NCBI GenBank assembly: GCA_028688055.1
Contig: JAQTYZ010000001.1
Location: 114,910 to 178,909, forward strand
DNA from: Patescibacteria group bacterium
GTDB lineage: Bacteria > Patescibacteriota > Patescibacteriia > Buchananbacterales > UBA6539
Length of the DNA: 64,000 nt
Reading direction: 5' to 3'
This document shows positions 38,706 through 46,914 of the stretch, in pieces. The position numbers and the translations under genes were made by a program. Numbering within the stretch: position 1 is the stretch's first letter; each line of letters starts with the position of its first letter. The notes under the pieces are model-generated. The model saw only the letters and a program-made list of their open reading frames with translations, searched no databases and had not been told where the DNA came from.

Positions 38706-39304
38706 TAAAAGCAGTATTTTTTGACTCCGGTAGAGTCTTGGTTCAGGAAGATTATGTGTCTTGTATTGCTGAATACGAAGAAAAGCTTGGTATCAAAAAG
38801 GGAAAATTATATGAGTCTGTCCATGATAGGCTATACTGGACTGATTTTACTCTAGGTAAAATCACGGAAGAAAATTATTTCAATCAGCTGGCTAATGATT
38901 TTGTGGGGAGTTTAGACATCGAAAAGCTTAAAGAAGTAATTTATGATAATTTTATTCTTAATACTGAGTTAGCGGATTATCTTATAACTTTGAAAGATAG
39001 ATTTACATTGGGGATAATTTCTAATAATCCCAAAGAATGGTTTGATTATTGTTCAAAGATATTTGACTGGCAAGATATTTTTGACGTCAAGGCGGTTTCA
39101 GGTTATCTACATATTCGTAAACCTGATATAAGAATATTTCAGCAGGCCTTAGAAATTGCTAAAATAAATGGCAATGAAGCAATTTACGTTGACGACAGGC
39201 CTGATCGGGTGGACGGTGCGAAGGCTCTGGGTATGAAAATTATAATTTATAGCAATGTTGAAAAATTTAAAATTGATTTACATAATATTATAAATAATAA
39301 ATAA
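38702..39304 (+). CDS. HAD-superfamily phosphatase, YihX-like subfamily (DxGxV motif I)
   Basis: AVFFDSGRVLVQED matches E. coli YihX motif I (FDLGNVIV). Motif IV YVDDRPDRVDGAKALGMKII. 200 aa; overlaps the upstream stop by 4 nt. Confidence 0.65.
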   Translation: MIKAVFFDSGRVLVQEDYVSCIAEYEEKLGIKKGKLYESVHDRLYWTDFTLGKITEENYFNQLANDFVGSLDIEKLKEVIYDNFILNTELADYLITLKDRFTLGIISNNPKEWFDYCSKIFDWQDIFDVKAVSGYLHIRKPDIRIFQQALEIAKINGNEAIYVDDRPDRVDGAKALGMKIIIYSNVEKFKIDLHNIINNK

Positions 39305-39308
39305 ATTT

Positions 39309-40280
39309 ATGATGACAAGGCTAAGTCATGAGACAGGATATGGGTCGGAACAAGAAAAAAAACCAGAAACTCAAGTTGACCTTTATTTAATGAGGCATTC
39401 AAATCGTTTCGCTGGTAAAGGTGAATGGGAAGATCCGAATACTGGGGAAAAGATTGTCTTTGATGATACGGAAAATCTAACCCCAGAAGGCAAACTGCGC
39501 GCGCGAGAATTTGGTCAGTTGATAGGCCATGGTCATGACCACATTGTTAGTATTGGCAGTATGGAGGCCAGGGCAGCTGAGACTGGTGCGGATATTGAGG
39601 CGGGAGCCGAAGAGCCAATCAATATTAGAGATCAAGACGGTGGTCGAGTCGTTAATCAGGCCAGGGGAATAACTTATAGAGAATTTGGGTCAGAGACTCA
39701 AGGTGTCTTAAAAAACATTAAGCCAATGATTAATGAGCAGGCTGGTCAGCATCCTCAATATGGCATTTTGCCTCCTGAAGAAAGGGCATCGGTTCGGCAA
39801 GAAGCCCAAGAGGTAGGTTTAAGAGAGGCCATGAAAGATTCTGGAATTGTTGAAGAAGCGGCTGAAGGTGTAGCTTATAATTTATATACTTTACGAGAAA
39901 TAGCTAAAGATGTTAAGCCAGATTTAAAACCAGCCTTACCCTTGGTTAGTCACGGTATTTATAATGAATCTTTTTTAAAGAAAGCGTTGATAATTGAAAA
40001 TAGTGATGGTACTCACCAAGCCGGCTTTGAAGACGTTGATGAAATCGGCGGATTTTTTGCGCCAGCTGAGGCTTTTAAGATCAGAATAATACGGGACGCG
40101 AATGGCCACGAACGGTATGAGTGCGAATTTACCGACCCCAAACGACAAGAATTATTCAGAGATAAGCAGTTGTCAGTTGATTGGACAATAATTGAAGAAT
40201 TATTTCATCGGTATGATGAAAGATTAGCTCAGCGAGAGGGTCGCCAACCACATTGGCCTAAAGTTGAGAAAGCTAATTAA
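39309..40280 (+). CDS. Histidine-phosphatase superfamily protein (second paralog)
   Basis: LYLMRHSNR (RHG-type motif), LTPEGKLRAREFGQLIG and C-terminal LPLVSHGIYNESF (SHG motif). Confidence 0.6.
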   Translation: MMTRLSHETGYGSEQEKKPETQVDLYLMRHSNRFAGKGEWEDPNTGEKIVFDDTENLTPEGKLRAREFGQLIGHGHDHIVSIGSMEARAAETGADIEAGAEEPINIRDQDGGRVVNQARGITYREFGSETQGVLKNIKPMINEQAGQHPQYGILPPEERASVRQEAQEVGLREAMKDSGIVEEAAEGVAYNLYTLREIAKDVKPDLKPALPLVSHGIYNESFLKKALIIENSDGTHQAGFEDVDEIGGFFAPAEAFKIRIIRDANGHERYECEFTDPKRQELFRDKQLSVDWTIIEELFHRYDERLAQREGRQPHWPKVEKAN

Positions 40281-40321
40281 TCTAGTTTTATTCTAATTAC
40301 CACTAAGTAATTTTGTCGTAA

Positions 40322-41767
40322 ATGAAAAGAAATAAAAGCTTTAAACCGAAATGGGATGTTGATGAAGCCGAAGCCGTATTTTGGATTTGTCCGGAAGCGG
40401 CTTGGGCCATGACAGTGGGTATGCGAAAAATTTATGGCTTTGGGTTTAATCGAAATTTGGTAATTTTGGAGAAAAATAAGCCTTTTAAATGGTGCACTTT
40501 AGTTGAAGACAATGTCATCGTTGGCAATAAATGTTTTAATAAATTTAAAAATAAAAAATTTCGTAATAAAATTAAACAAGGTTTAGCTAAGGTAAATTTA
40601 AAGCTGGAGCGAAAAATATTAAAATATCGGTCGCAAAGTCCGGCCGCAATGTCGGTTAGTGCCTTGTTTAGTTATTTAGATTTTTTTACGGAATGCTATC
40701 AAGAAATGTTTAGTTATGGTTTTTTTGCCGAAGCTTTTGACTATGTGCTGCCCCAAATTTTTGAGAAAGAGTTCAAAAAATATAAACTTTCCCGTGATGA
40801 TTTCTCTGATTTATCGACTATCCCTGATGTCAGCTATTTAAATTTAGAAACCCAAAAGTTGATTAGATTAGCGATTAAAAAGAGCAGCGGTCAGAAAATC
40901 GGCAATGATTTAGACGATCATTTTAAAAAATATGAATGGCTTGCAACCGGTCATAATGGTAAGAAAATTATTACCATTAATTATTTTTTAGCAAGAATTG
41001 GTGAATTAATCAGGCAGCATCAGAATTTATCTAAAGAGCTTAAACGTCTGAGAGATTTTAAGATTAATTTGAAAAAACGGAAAAGCCAAATCATAAAAAA
41101 ATATGATTTTGTTAAAGGAGCTTTACAATTAATCAATATTATTGATGACATCGGGCCGTTGCGTGACCGGAGAAAAGAAATTTTTGTTAAGTCAATCTTT
41201 TATGCCGATGATGTCCGCGACGAACTGGCAAAAAGATTCGGCTATCATTTATCAGACCTGCAATTTTTTACCAGCCAGGAACTCATATTATTGAGCAAGG
41301 GAGAAAAACTTGATCGAGCTGAGTTAAAAAGGAGAAAAGAATTTATAATTTTAGATGTTGATTATCAAAAGCATTTATTCAAAGTTTATAGTGGCAAAAG
41401 TGTTTCGAAATTAATTCCTAAAGAATTCAAAAAAATTCATGACCAATTAAATGAGCTTACCGGGACGGTGGCTTCAAGTGGTAAAGTGTCCGGAGAAGTT
41501 AAAGTTATCTTCGGTGAAAGCGGCTTTCACCGAATGAGCCAAGGCAATATTTTAGTTACTGGCATGACCCGGCCTGAAATGTTGCCAATAATGAAAATGG
41601 CGGCGGCAATTATCACTGATGAAGGCGGCCTGACTTGCCATGCTGCTATTGTTTCCAGAGAATTAAACATCCCTTGTATTGTCGGCACCAAAATTGCCAC
41701 CAAAGTCTTGAAAGACGGCGATAAGGTAGTAGTCAACGCGACTAACGGCACTATCAAAATAATTTAG
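40322..41767 (+). CDS. PEP-utilising swivel-domain protein, paralog 5
   Basis: C-terminus [50 protein letters not shown]; 481 aa. Confidence 0.7.
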   Translation: MKRNKSFKPKWDVDEAEAVFWICPEAAWAMTVGMRKIYGFGFNRNLVILEKNKPFKWCTLVEDNVIVGNKCFNKFKNKKFRNKIKQGLAKVNLKLERKILKYRSQSPAAMSVSALFSYLDFFTECYQEMFSYGFFAEAFDYVLPQIFEKEFKKYKLSRDDFSDLSTIPDVSYLNLETQKLIRLAIKKSSGQKIGNDLDDHFKKYEWLATGHNGKKIITINYFLARIGELIRQHQNLSKELKRLRDFKINLKKRKSQIIKKYDFVKGALQLINIIDDIGPLRDRRKEIFVKSIFYADDVRDELAKRFGYHLSDLQFFTSQELILLSKGEKLDRAELKRRKEFIILDVDYQKHLFKVYSGKSVSKLIPKEFKKIHDQLNELTGTVASSGKVSGEVKVIFGESGFHRMSQGNILVTGMTRPEMLPIMKMAAAIITDEGGLTCHAAIVSRELNIPCIVGTKIATKVLKDGDKVVVNATNGTIKII

Positions 41768-41774
41768 TTTTTTT

Positions 41775-42053
41775 ATGAAGAGGGTCACGCTAATAATTAG
41801 CGGCGAAGTTCAGGCTGTTGGATTTAGGACAGCGGCCGTAAGGGAAGCGAACAAGCTTGGATTGACCGGGTATGTGAAAAATTTACCTGCTGGTTCAGTC
41901 GAGGTAGTTGCTGAGGGCGAGGAGGGCAACTTGAATAATTTTATCATTTGGTGTTATAATGGTGTTGGACTGGCAACAGTTTCCAATATAAAAACCAGCT
42001 GGACGGAGGCGACTGGAGTTTTTTCTAATTTTGTGATAGTATTTGAGAGTTAA
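41775..42053 (+). CDS. Acylphosphatase
   Basis: 92 aa; ISGEVQAVGFRTAA (V-x-G-x-V-Q-G-V-x-F-R signature) and GYVKNLPAGSVEVVAEGEE (G-x-V-x-N-x-x-D-G-x-V motif). Confidence 0.75.
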   Translation: MKRVTLIISGEVQAVGFRTAAVREANKLGLTGYVKNLPAGSVEVVAEGEEGNLNNFIIWCYNGVGLATVSNIKTSWTEATGVFSNFVIVFES

Positions 42054-42057
42054 AACC

Positions 42058-42510
42058 ATGAAAAAGTTTATGAAGGTAATATTGATAAAAAATGTACCAA
42101 AACTTGGACAGCAATGGGACGTCAAAGACGTTGCTTTGGGTTATGCCAGAAATTTCTTAATTCCTAAGGGTTTTGCTGAAGAAGCCAGTCCGAAGGCCTT
42201 GGAAGAATTAGAGGCCAGAAAGGCCACCGAGACTAAGTCTGCCGAAGCTAATTTGTTGAAAATGGAAGAGCTGGTCGGTAAGCTTGAGGGCCAAATTGTA
42301 GAAATCAAGGCCAAGGCTAGTGAAGAAGGGACTCTTTATGCCGCCATTTCATCGACTAAGGTGTTGGCCGCTTTAAAAGATAAAGGTTTTAATATTGCCA
42401 AAAGTCAAATTGAGTTAGGCCATATTAAGGAAATTGGTGATCATGAAATTATTATTAATTTGGATCATGGTCTTGAAGCCAGAATTACCTTAACTGTAAA
42501 TCCAGAATAA
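42058..42510 (+). CDS. rplI: 50S ribosomal protein L9 (alternative start ATG 42070, MKVILIK...)
   Basis: MKVILIKNVPKLGQQWDVKDVALGYARNFLIPKGFA is the canonical L9 N-terminus. Confidence 0.85.
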   Translation: MKKFMKVILIKNVPKLGQQWDVKDVALGYARNFLIPKGFAEEASPKALEELEARKATETKSAEANLLKMEELVGKLEGQIVEIKAKASEEGTLYAAISSTKVLAALKDKGFNIAKSQIELGHIKEIGDHEIIINLDHGLEARITLTVNPE

Positions 42511-42554
42511 TGTCCTACCATTTTAATCTCAAATTTAATAACAAAAAAAGATAA

Positions 42555-42585
42555 GCCCACCGTCGCCGGTGGGTTTGTCGCTTTA
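42555..42585 (+). terminator. Intrinsic terminator after rplI (CCCACCG-tcgc-CGGTGGG followed by TTTGTCGCTTT)
   Basis: 7-bp GC stem, 4-nt loop, T-rich tail. Confidence 0.55.
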
Positions 42586-42595
42586 AAATAATACT

Positions 42596-44221
42596 ATGTC
42601 AAAATTTATCTTTGTGATGGGGGGAGTGATGTCGGGTGTTGGCAAGGGTGTAACTTCGGCGTCAATTGGCAAAATTTTACAATCAAGGGGCTATAAGGTT
42701 ACGGCTATTAAGATTGATCCATATATTAATGTTGATGCGGGTACTATGAATCCGACTGAACACGGTGAAGTTTTTGTCACTGAAGATGGGGACGAAACCG
42801 ATCAGGATATTGGTAACTACGAACGTTTTTTAAACGAAGATATTTTGCGAGATAATTATATGACGACCGGTCGCGTCTACCTGTCAGTGATTCAGCGCGA
42901 GCGAAATTTGGAATATGGTGGAAAATGTGTTGAAGTTGTCCCTCATATTCCGTTAGAGGTAATCGCCAGAATTAAAAAAGCCGCCAGTCGTTCTCGAGCC
43001 GATATCACCATCATTGAGATTGGTGGTACGGTGGGCGAATATCAAAACATTTTGTTTTTAGAAGCCGCCAGATTAATGCACTATCGAAATCCGCAGGACG
43101 TTTTGTTCGTTTTGGTGAGTTATTTGCCGATTCCGGGTACTTTGGGCGAAATGAAGACTAAACCGACGCAGTACGCCGTTCAGCAGGTAAATTCAGCCGG
43201 GATTCAGCCTGATTTTATAATTTGTCGCTCGGCCAAAGCGGTTGACGGTCCTAGGCGTAAAAAGATCTCGCAGTTTTGTAATGTTGCCGAAGGTGACGTA
43301 ATCTCTAATCCAGACTGCGACTCAATTTATGAAGTGCCAATTACACTCGAAAAAGAAAAATTAAGTGATAAAATTATTAAAAAATTAAACTTAAAGCCGC
43401 GCAAGACCGACTTGAAAGCTTGGAAAAAAATGGTCGCGGACGTCAAGCGCAATTCAAAAATTGTCAGAATTGGTATTGTTGGCAAGTACTTTGCTACCGG
43501 CGATTTTATTTTGCCTGACGCCTATATCTCAGTAATTGAATCAATCAAACATGCGGCCTGGGCCAATAAAGTAAAGGCTCAAATTGAGTGGATTAATTCG
43601 GATGCTTACGAGAAGACACCTTCTTTAGTCAAGGAGTTAAAAGATTTTGATGGTATTGTTGTACCCGGCGGTTTTGGTAGCCGTGGCATTGAAGGTAAAA
43701 TTATCGCGATTAAATATGCCAGAGAAAATAATCTACCATTCTTTGGCCTTTGCTATGGCATGCAGTTAGCCACCATTGAATTTGCTAGAAATGTCGCAAA
43801 ACTAAAAGATGTTCATACAACAGAAATAAAACCCAATTGTCTTAATCCCGTTATTCATATTATGCCTGATCAGGCCGAGAAGATGGCTAAAAAACAGTAT
43901 GGTAATACCATGAGACTAGGCGCTTATCCTTGCGTCCTAGCGAAGGGAACTGTTAGCCAGCAGGCTTATACTAAAAATCACATCAGTGAGCGCCACCGTC
44001 ACCGCTTTGAGTTTAATAATGATTATCGTACTCGTTTAACCAAAAAGGGGTTAGTGCTAGCTGGCATGTCACCAGATAAAAAATTAGTTGAAATTGTTGA
44101 AGTTGTCGGCCATCCATTTTTTGTCGGTACTCAGTTTCATCCTGAATTAAAATCTAGACCACTATACCCACACCCATTATTTAAAGCCTTTGTGGCCGCG
44201 GCGGTTAAGCGAAAAAAATAA
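42596..44221 (+). CDS. pyrG: CTP synthase
   Basis: 541 aa; MSKFIFVMGGVMSGVGKGVTSASIG start, glutamine-amidotransferase Cys motif GLCYGMQ, and His/Glu near the C-terminus. Confidence 0.95.
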   Translation: MSKFIFVMGGVMSGVGKGVTSASIGKILQSRGYKVTAIKIDPYINVDAGTMNPTEHGEVFVTEDGDETDQDIGNYERFLNEDILRDNYMTTGRVYLSVIQRERNLEYGGKCVEVVPHIPLEVIARIKKAASRSRADITIIEIGGTVGEYQNILFLEAARLMHYRNPQDVLFVLVSYLPIPGTLGEMKTKPTQYAVQQVNSAGIQPDFIICRSAKAVDGPRRKKISQFCNVAEGDVISNPDCDSIYEVPITLEKEKLSDKIIKKLNLKPRKTDLKAWKKMVADVKRNSKIVRIGIVGKYFATGDFILPDAYISVIESIKHAAWANKVKAQIEWINSDAYEKTPSLVKELKDFDGIVVPGGFGSRGIEGKIIAIKYARENNLPFFGLCYGMQLATIEFARNVAKLKDVHTTEIKPNCLNPVIHIMPDQAEKMAKKQYGNTMRLGAYPCVLAKGTVSQQAYTKNHISERHRHRFEFNNDYRTRLTKKGLVLAGMSPDKKLVEIVEVVGHPFFVGTQFHPELKSRPLYPHPLFKAFVAAAVKRKK

Positions 44222-44233
44222 GTAATAAAAAAA

Positions 44234-44269
44234 CCAGATAACGGACTCGTCCTGAGATCTGGTTTTTTT
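44234..44269. terminator. Bidirectional intrinsic terminator between convergent pyrG(+) and rpmA(-): A-run, CCAGAT...ATCTGG hairpin (inner GGAC/GTCC), T-run
   Basis: aaaaaaaCCAGATaacGGACtcGTCCtgagATCTGGttttttt, seen directly. Confidence 0.65.
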
Positions 44270-44270
44270 A

Positions 44271-44552
44271 TTACTTCTTCGGTAAAACGTTGACAAACTT
44301 TGCCCATTCAAGACGGCCGGTAAATTTCTTGATTTTCTTACGAGAAAATTTAACCAGGCCAGTAGCGGCGGCATACAAGGTGTCGTCAGCGCCTTTTTTT
44401 ACATTTTTACCAGCGCGAATTTTTGATCCTCGCTGTCTAATAATAATACTTCCCGACTTGGCTACTTCTCCTTCATAGAGCTTGACCCCTAATCGTTTGG
44501 ACTGTGAATCTCGCCCCAGGGAAGTGGAACCACCAGCTTTCTTATGCGCCAT
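44271..44552 (-). CDS. rpmA: 50S ribosomal protein L27
   Basis: [51 protein letters not shown] is the canonical L27 sequence. Confidence 0.9.
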   Translation of the reverse strand: MAHKKAGGSTSLGRDSQSKRLGVKLYEGEVAKSGSIIIRQRGSKIRAGKNVKKGADDTLYAAATGLVKFSRKKIKKFTGRLEWAKFVNVLPKK

Positions 44553-44608
44553 AGTATTTAATAGTCATTAGCAAAATAATAGGTTTAATATAGTTTAATT
44601 TGACTTAA

Positions 44609-44637
44609 TTGTCAAGGATTGATTGTTTGGTTATACT
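44609..44637 (+). promoter_or_regulatory. Sigma70-like promoter (-35 TTGTCA, 17-nt spacer, -10 TATACT) ending 7 nt before ATG 44645; would give a leaderless or near-leaderless transcript
   Basis: Hexamers and spacing seen directly. The ORF-track start for the downstream gene is a TTG that coincides with the -35 box, so it is unlikely to be the real start. Confidence 0.4.
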
Positions 44638-44644
44638 CAATATT

Positions 44645-45478
44645 ATGATGAATAACCAAATTATTAAATTACTACTGCTAACGCTGCTTATTTTGACCGG
44701 CTGCCAGCCAGCGCCGGTAGTTCAGGTTGAAAATAATGAAAATAGCAACAACTTCCAGACGTCAACGATTACGGCGGGAGCAATTATTAGTAATGTTTCG
44801 TCAACACCAGCGGTCACTGACAGTGAAATAATAGTTCCGAATAATAAGGGAACTACATCCTCGACAATAAATCAGGTGCCCGTGCTAGTTGATGGATTTA
44901 TTGACTTAAAACCGCAGTTTGCCTCCCAAGCGCCATTTGGTGTTTGGGATGAGCTCCACGGTGAAGCTTGTGAAGAAGCTTCAATGATTATTGCTTACAG
45001 CTATGTTGCAAAAAAACCATTGACAACACACACCATGGAGCAGGGAATTCTTGATCTAGTTAATTGGGAAAGAGCTAACAGCTTCGGTCAGGATTTAACG
45101 GTGGTGGAGACTAGCAAAATTCTGCGTGAATATTTTAAGGTCAGCGCGGACGAAATAAATAATCCAAATGTCGAATTAATTAAAAGTATTTTAAGACAGG
45201 GAAAACTAATAATTATGCCAGCGGCCGGAAGATTGTTGGGTAATCCATATTTTCAAACACCGGGGCCGATCTATCATATGCTGGTGATTCGTGGTTATGA
45301 CGATAAAACTGGGGAATTTATAACCAACGACCCCGGTACAAGGCGGGGCGATGGTTATAGGTATCAATATGACGTTTTATTGAATGCCATTCATGACTGG
45401 AATCATCAATTAGAAACCAATGGAATGACTGATGAAGAAATGGCCTTGGGTGTTAAACGGGTAATAGCCGTTTATTAG
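44645..45478 (+). CDS. Lipoprotein with papain-like/C39-like cysteine peptidase domain
   Basis: Signal peptide with lipobox LILTGC; candidate catalytic Cys in GEACEEASMIIAYSY and His in IYHMLVIRGYDD (C39-like GHxxVxxGYD pattern). Confidence 0.5.
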   Translation: MMNNQIIKLLLLTLLILTGCQPAPVVQVENNENSNNFQTSTITAGAIISNVSSTPAVTDSEIIVPNNKGTTSSTINQVPVLVDGFIDLKPQFASQAPFGVWDELHGEACEEASMIIAYSYVAKKPLTTHTMEQGILDLVNWERANSFGQDLTVVETSKILREYFKVSADEINNPNVELIKSILRQGKLIIMPAAGRLLGNPYFQTPGPIYHMLVIRGYDDKTGEFITNDPGTRRGDGYRYQYDVLLNAIHDWNHQLETNGMTDEEMALGVKRVIAVY

Positions 45479-45825
45479 TTTTGGGTGCTGGTGGCATTAT
45501 TATTAATCGTCGAGTTTTGAACTGACGATTTTTTTTGTTCTTTGAATGGGTTATTGACGGCTAGCGGCACCGTGCTGGTTGACTCTTTAAGGTCAAGGCG
45601 GTTGAGGACTTTTTTGACCTTGTCATCATCTAAAATATCAGGCGCGACTTCCTGTTTCAACAAAACGATTTCTTCAGACTGAGCAATAGTTTGGTAAAAA
45701 TATTGGTAAAGAAATAATCCGAGCAAGGAGAAAATCACAACTATGGCAACGGCCATAATATAAGATATATATTTGAGGGAAGAAACAAGCTGAAATATTT
45801 TTATTCTTGGAAATTTAAGTTTCAT
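45475..45825 (-). CDS. Small single-TM protein, last gene of the pilus operon (PilP-position)
   Basis: 116 aa, one TM helix, Ser/Thr/Asn-rich tail; overlaps the downstream gene by 4 nt. Confidence 0.35.
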   Translation of the reverse strand: MKLKFPRIKIFQLVSSLKYISYIMAVAIVVIFSLLGLFLYQYFYQTIAQSEEIVLLKQEVAPDILDDDKVKKVLNRLDLKESTSTVPLAVNNPFKEQKKSSVQNSTINNNATSTQN

Positions 45826-45833
45826 ATTTATGG

Positions 45834-46382
45834 TTATTTTTTTTCAGCGTTGAGGAAAAAAATTTTTCCATCCATAGTTAATTTGACCTCGTCTTGGTTA
45901 GCCGTTGAGTTGGTCGATTCTAGCGTCATAGCCGCTGAGTTGAAGTAGAACGGCAGTTTTTCAATCGCCGACGTAAAATTAAGGACGTTATCAAAGTTAC
46001 CAATCGCTGTTATTTCAATGGGCAGACTTGAAATGAAAGCTGATTCATTTTGTCGGCTGGCATTTAATCTGATATTTTGTTCAATACCATTGTCAGCCGC
46101 CAAGGTTTCAATCGCCGTAACGAAATTTAATTCGTTGCCTGCTTCAATGAAAACGTTATTAAGTCTGTCTTGTTGCGGTTTAATTTTTTCGAAGTCGGCG
46201 ACAGTTTTTTTGAGCAGTTGCCCACGGAGGTATTTTTTTTCCAAATCTACTCGTTCGGCGAAAACCGAATTACTGATTTGTTTTATATCGGAGATGGTCG
46301 GAATAATCACCAGATAAACAACACCAAAAATTAAAATGATGACCGTTAGAATAGTTAATGAAATTTTTTGTCTAATTTTCAT
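45834..46382 (-). CDS. Type IV pilus assembly protein PilO-like
   Basis: 182 aa, N-terminal TM helix, then a coiled-coil plus ferredoxin-like periplasmic region; sits directly after pilN-like. Confidence 0.5.
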   Translation of the reverse strand: MKIRQKISLTILTVIILIFGVVYLVIIPTISDIKQISNSVFAERVDLEKKYLRGQLLKKTVADFEKIKPQQDRLNNVFIEAGNELNFVTAIETLAADNGIEQNIRLNASRQNESAFISSLPIEITAIGNFDNVLNFTSAIEKLPFYFNSAAMTLESTNSTANQDEVKLTMDGKIFFLNAEKK

Positions 46383-46914
46383 TGCTTTTTATTTTTTCAA
46401 AATCAATATCAGATTTTAAGCTAAAATTAATATTTTCTTTTTTTAGTAAATCCTCGAGGGGGATTTGCGAATTCGAAAAAAATGTTGATGACTCAAGATT
46501 ATTTTTTAAATTGAGCAGATCTTCACGAGTCTTGGCCCGGCCAGTTATTAGCACTTTGCTATCTTTAATATTAATACTTTGCAGCGTAATGTTCGGTGGG
46601 ATTAATTTAGAAAATTTAGCGATGAAGGTTGACCAAGGTATATAATTTTTTTGAATATTATCAACGGTGCCCAAGAGCTGATTAAATTTTTTAATATCAT
46701 TATTAAAAGTATTTATATATTTAGTTGTCAGAGTTGTTTCCGCCACCACCTTATCAAAATTATTTTGGAGCGTCATTTTAACAAATAAAAGGATGACGGC
46801 AACAATAATTGATAAAAGCAATAAAGAAATAATGAGATTCTTTATTCCAACATATAATTGCATTAATCTGACCTCTTTCTTTTTTTCCGGTGGAATTAAA
46901 TTTAAGCCAATCAT
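46372..46914 (-). CDS. Type IV pilus assembly protein PilN-like
   Basis: 180 aa, N-terminal TM helix after a short cytoplasmic segment, immediately downstream of pilM with a 4-nt overlap. Confidence 0.5.
   Translation of the reverse strand: MIGLNLIPPEKKKEVRLMQLYVGIKNLIISLLLLSIIVAVILLFVKMTLQNNFDKVVAETTLTTKYINTFNNDIKKFNQLLGTVDNIQKNYIPWSTFIAKFSKLIPPNITLQSINIKDSKVLITGRAKTREDLLNLKNNLESSTFFSNSQIPLEDLLKKENINFSLKSDIDFEKIKSNEN

Noticed and set aside
31900-41767. Possibility that the five ~270-nt swivel-domain segments are DNA repeats or a mobile element
   Set aside because: The similarity is mainly at the protein level. The nucleotide sequences have diverged at synonymous positions, and there are no terminal inverted repeats, transposase or integrase. 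This is an ancient paralog family, not a recent repeat.
44609-44644. TTG start for the lipoprotein gene as given in the ORF track
   Set aside because: The TTG coincides with the -35 box of a consensus promoter. The signal peptide and lipobox begin at ATG 44645, so the N-terminal extension is not credible.
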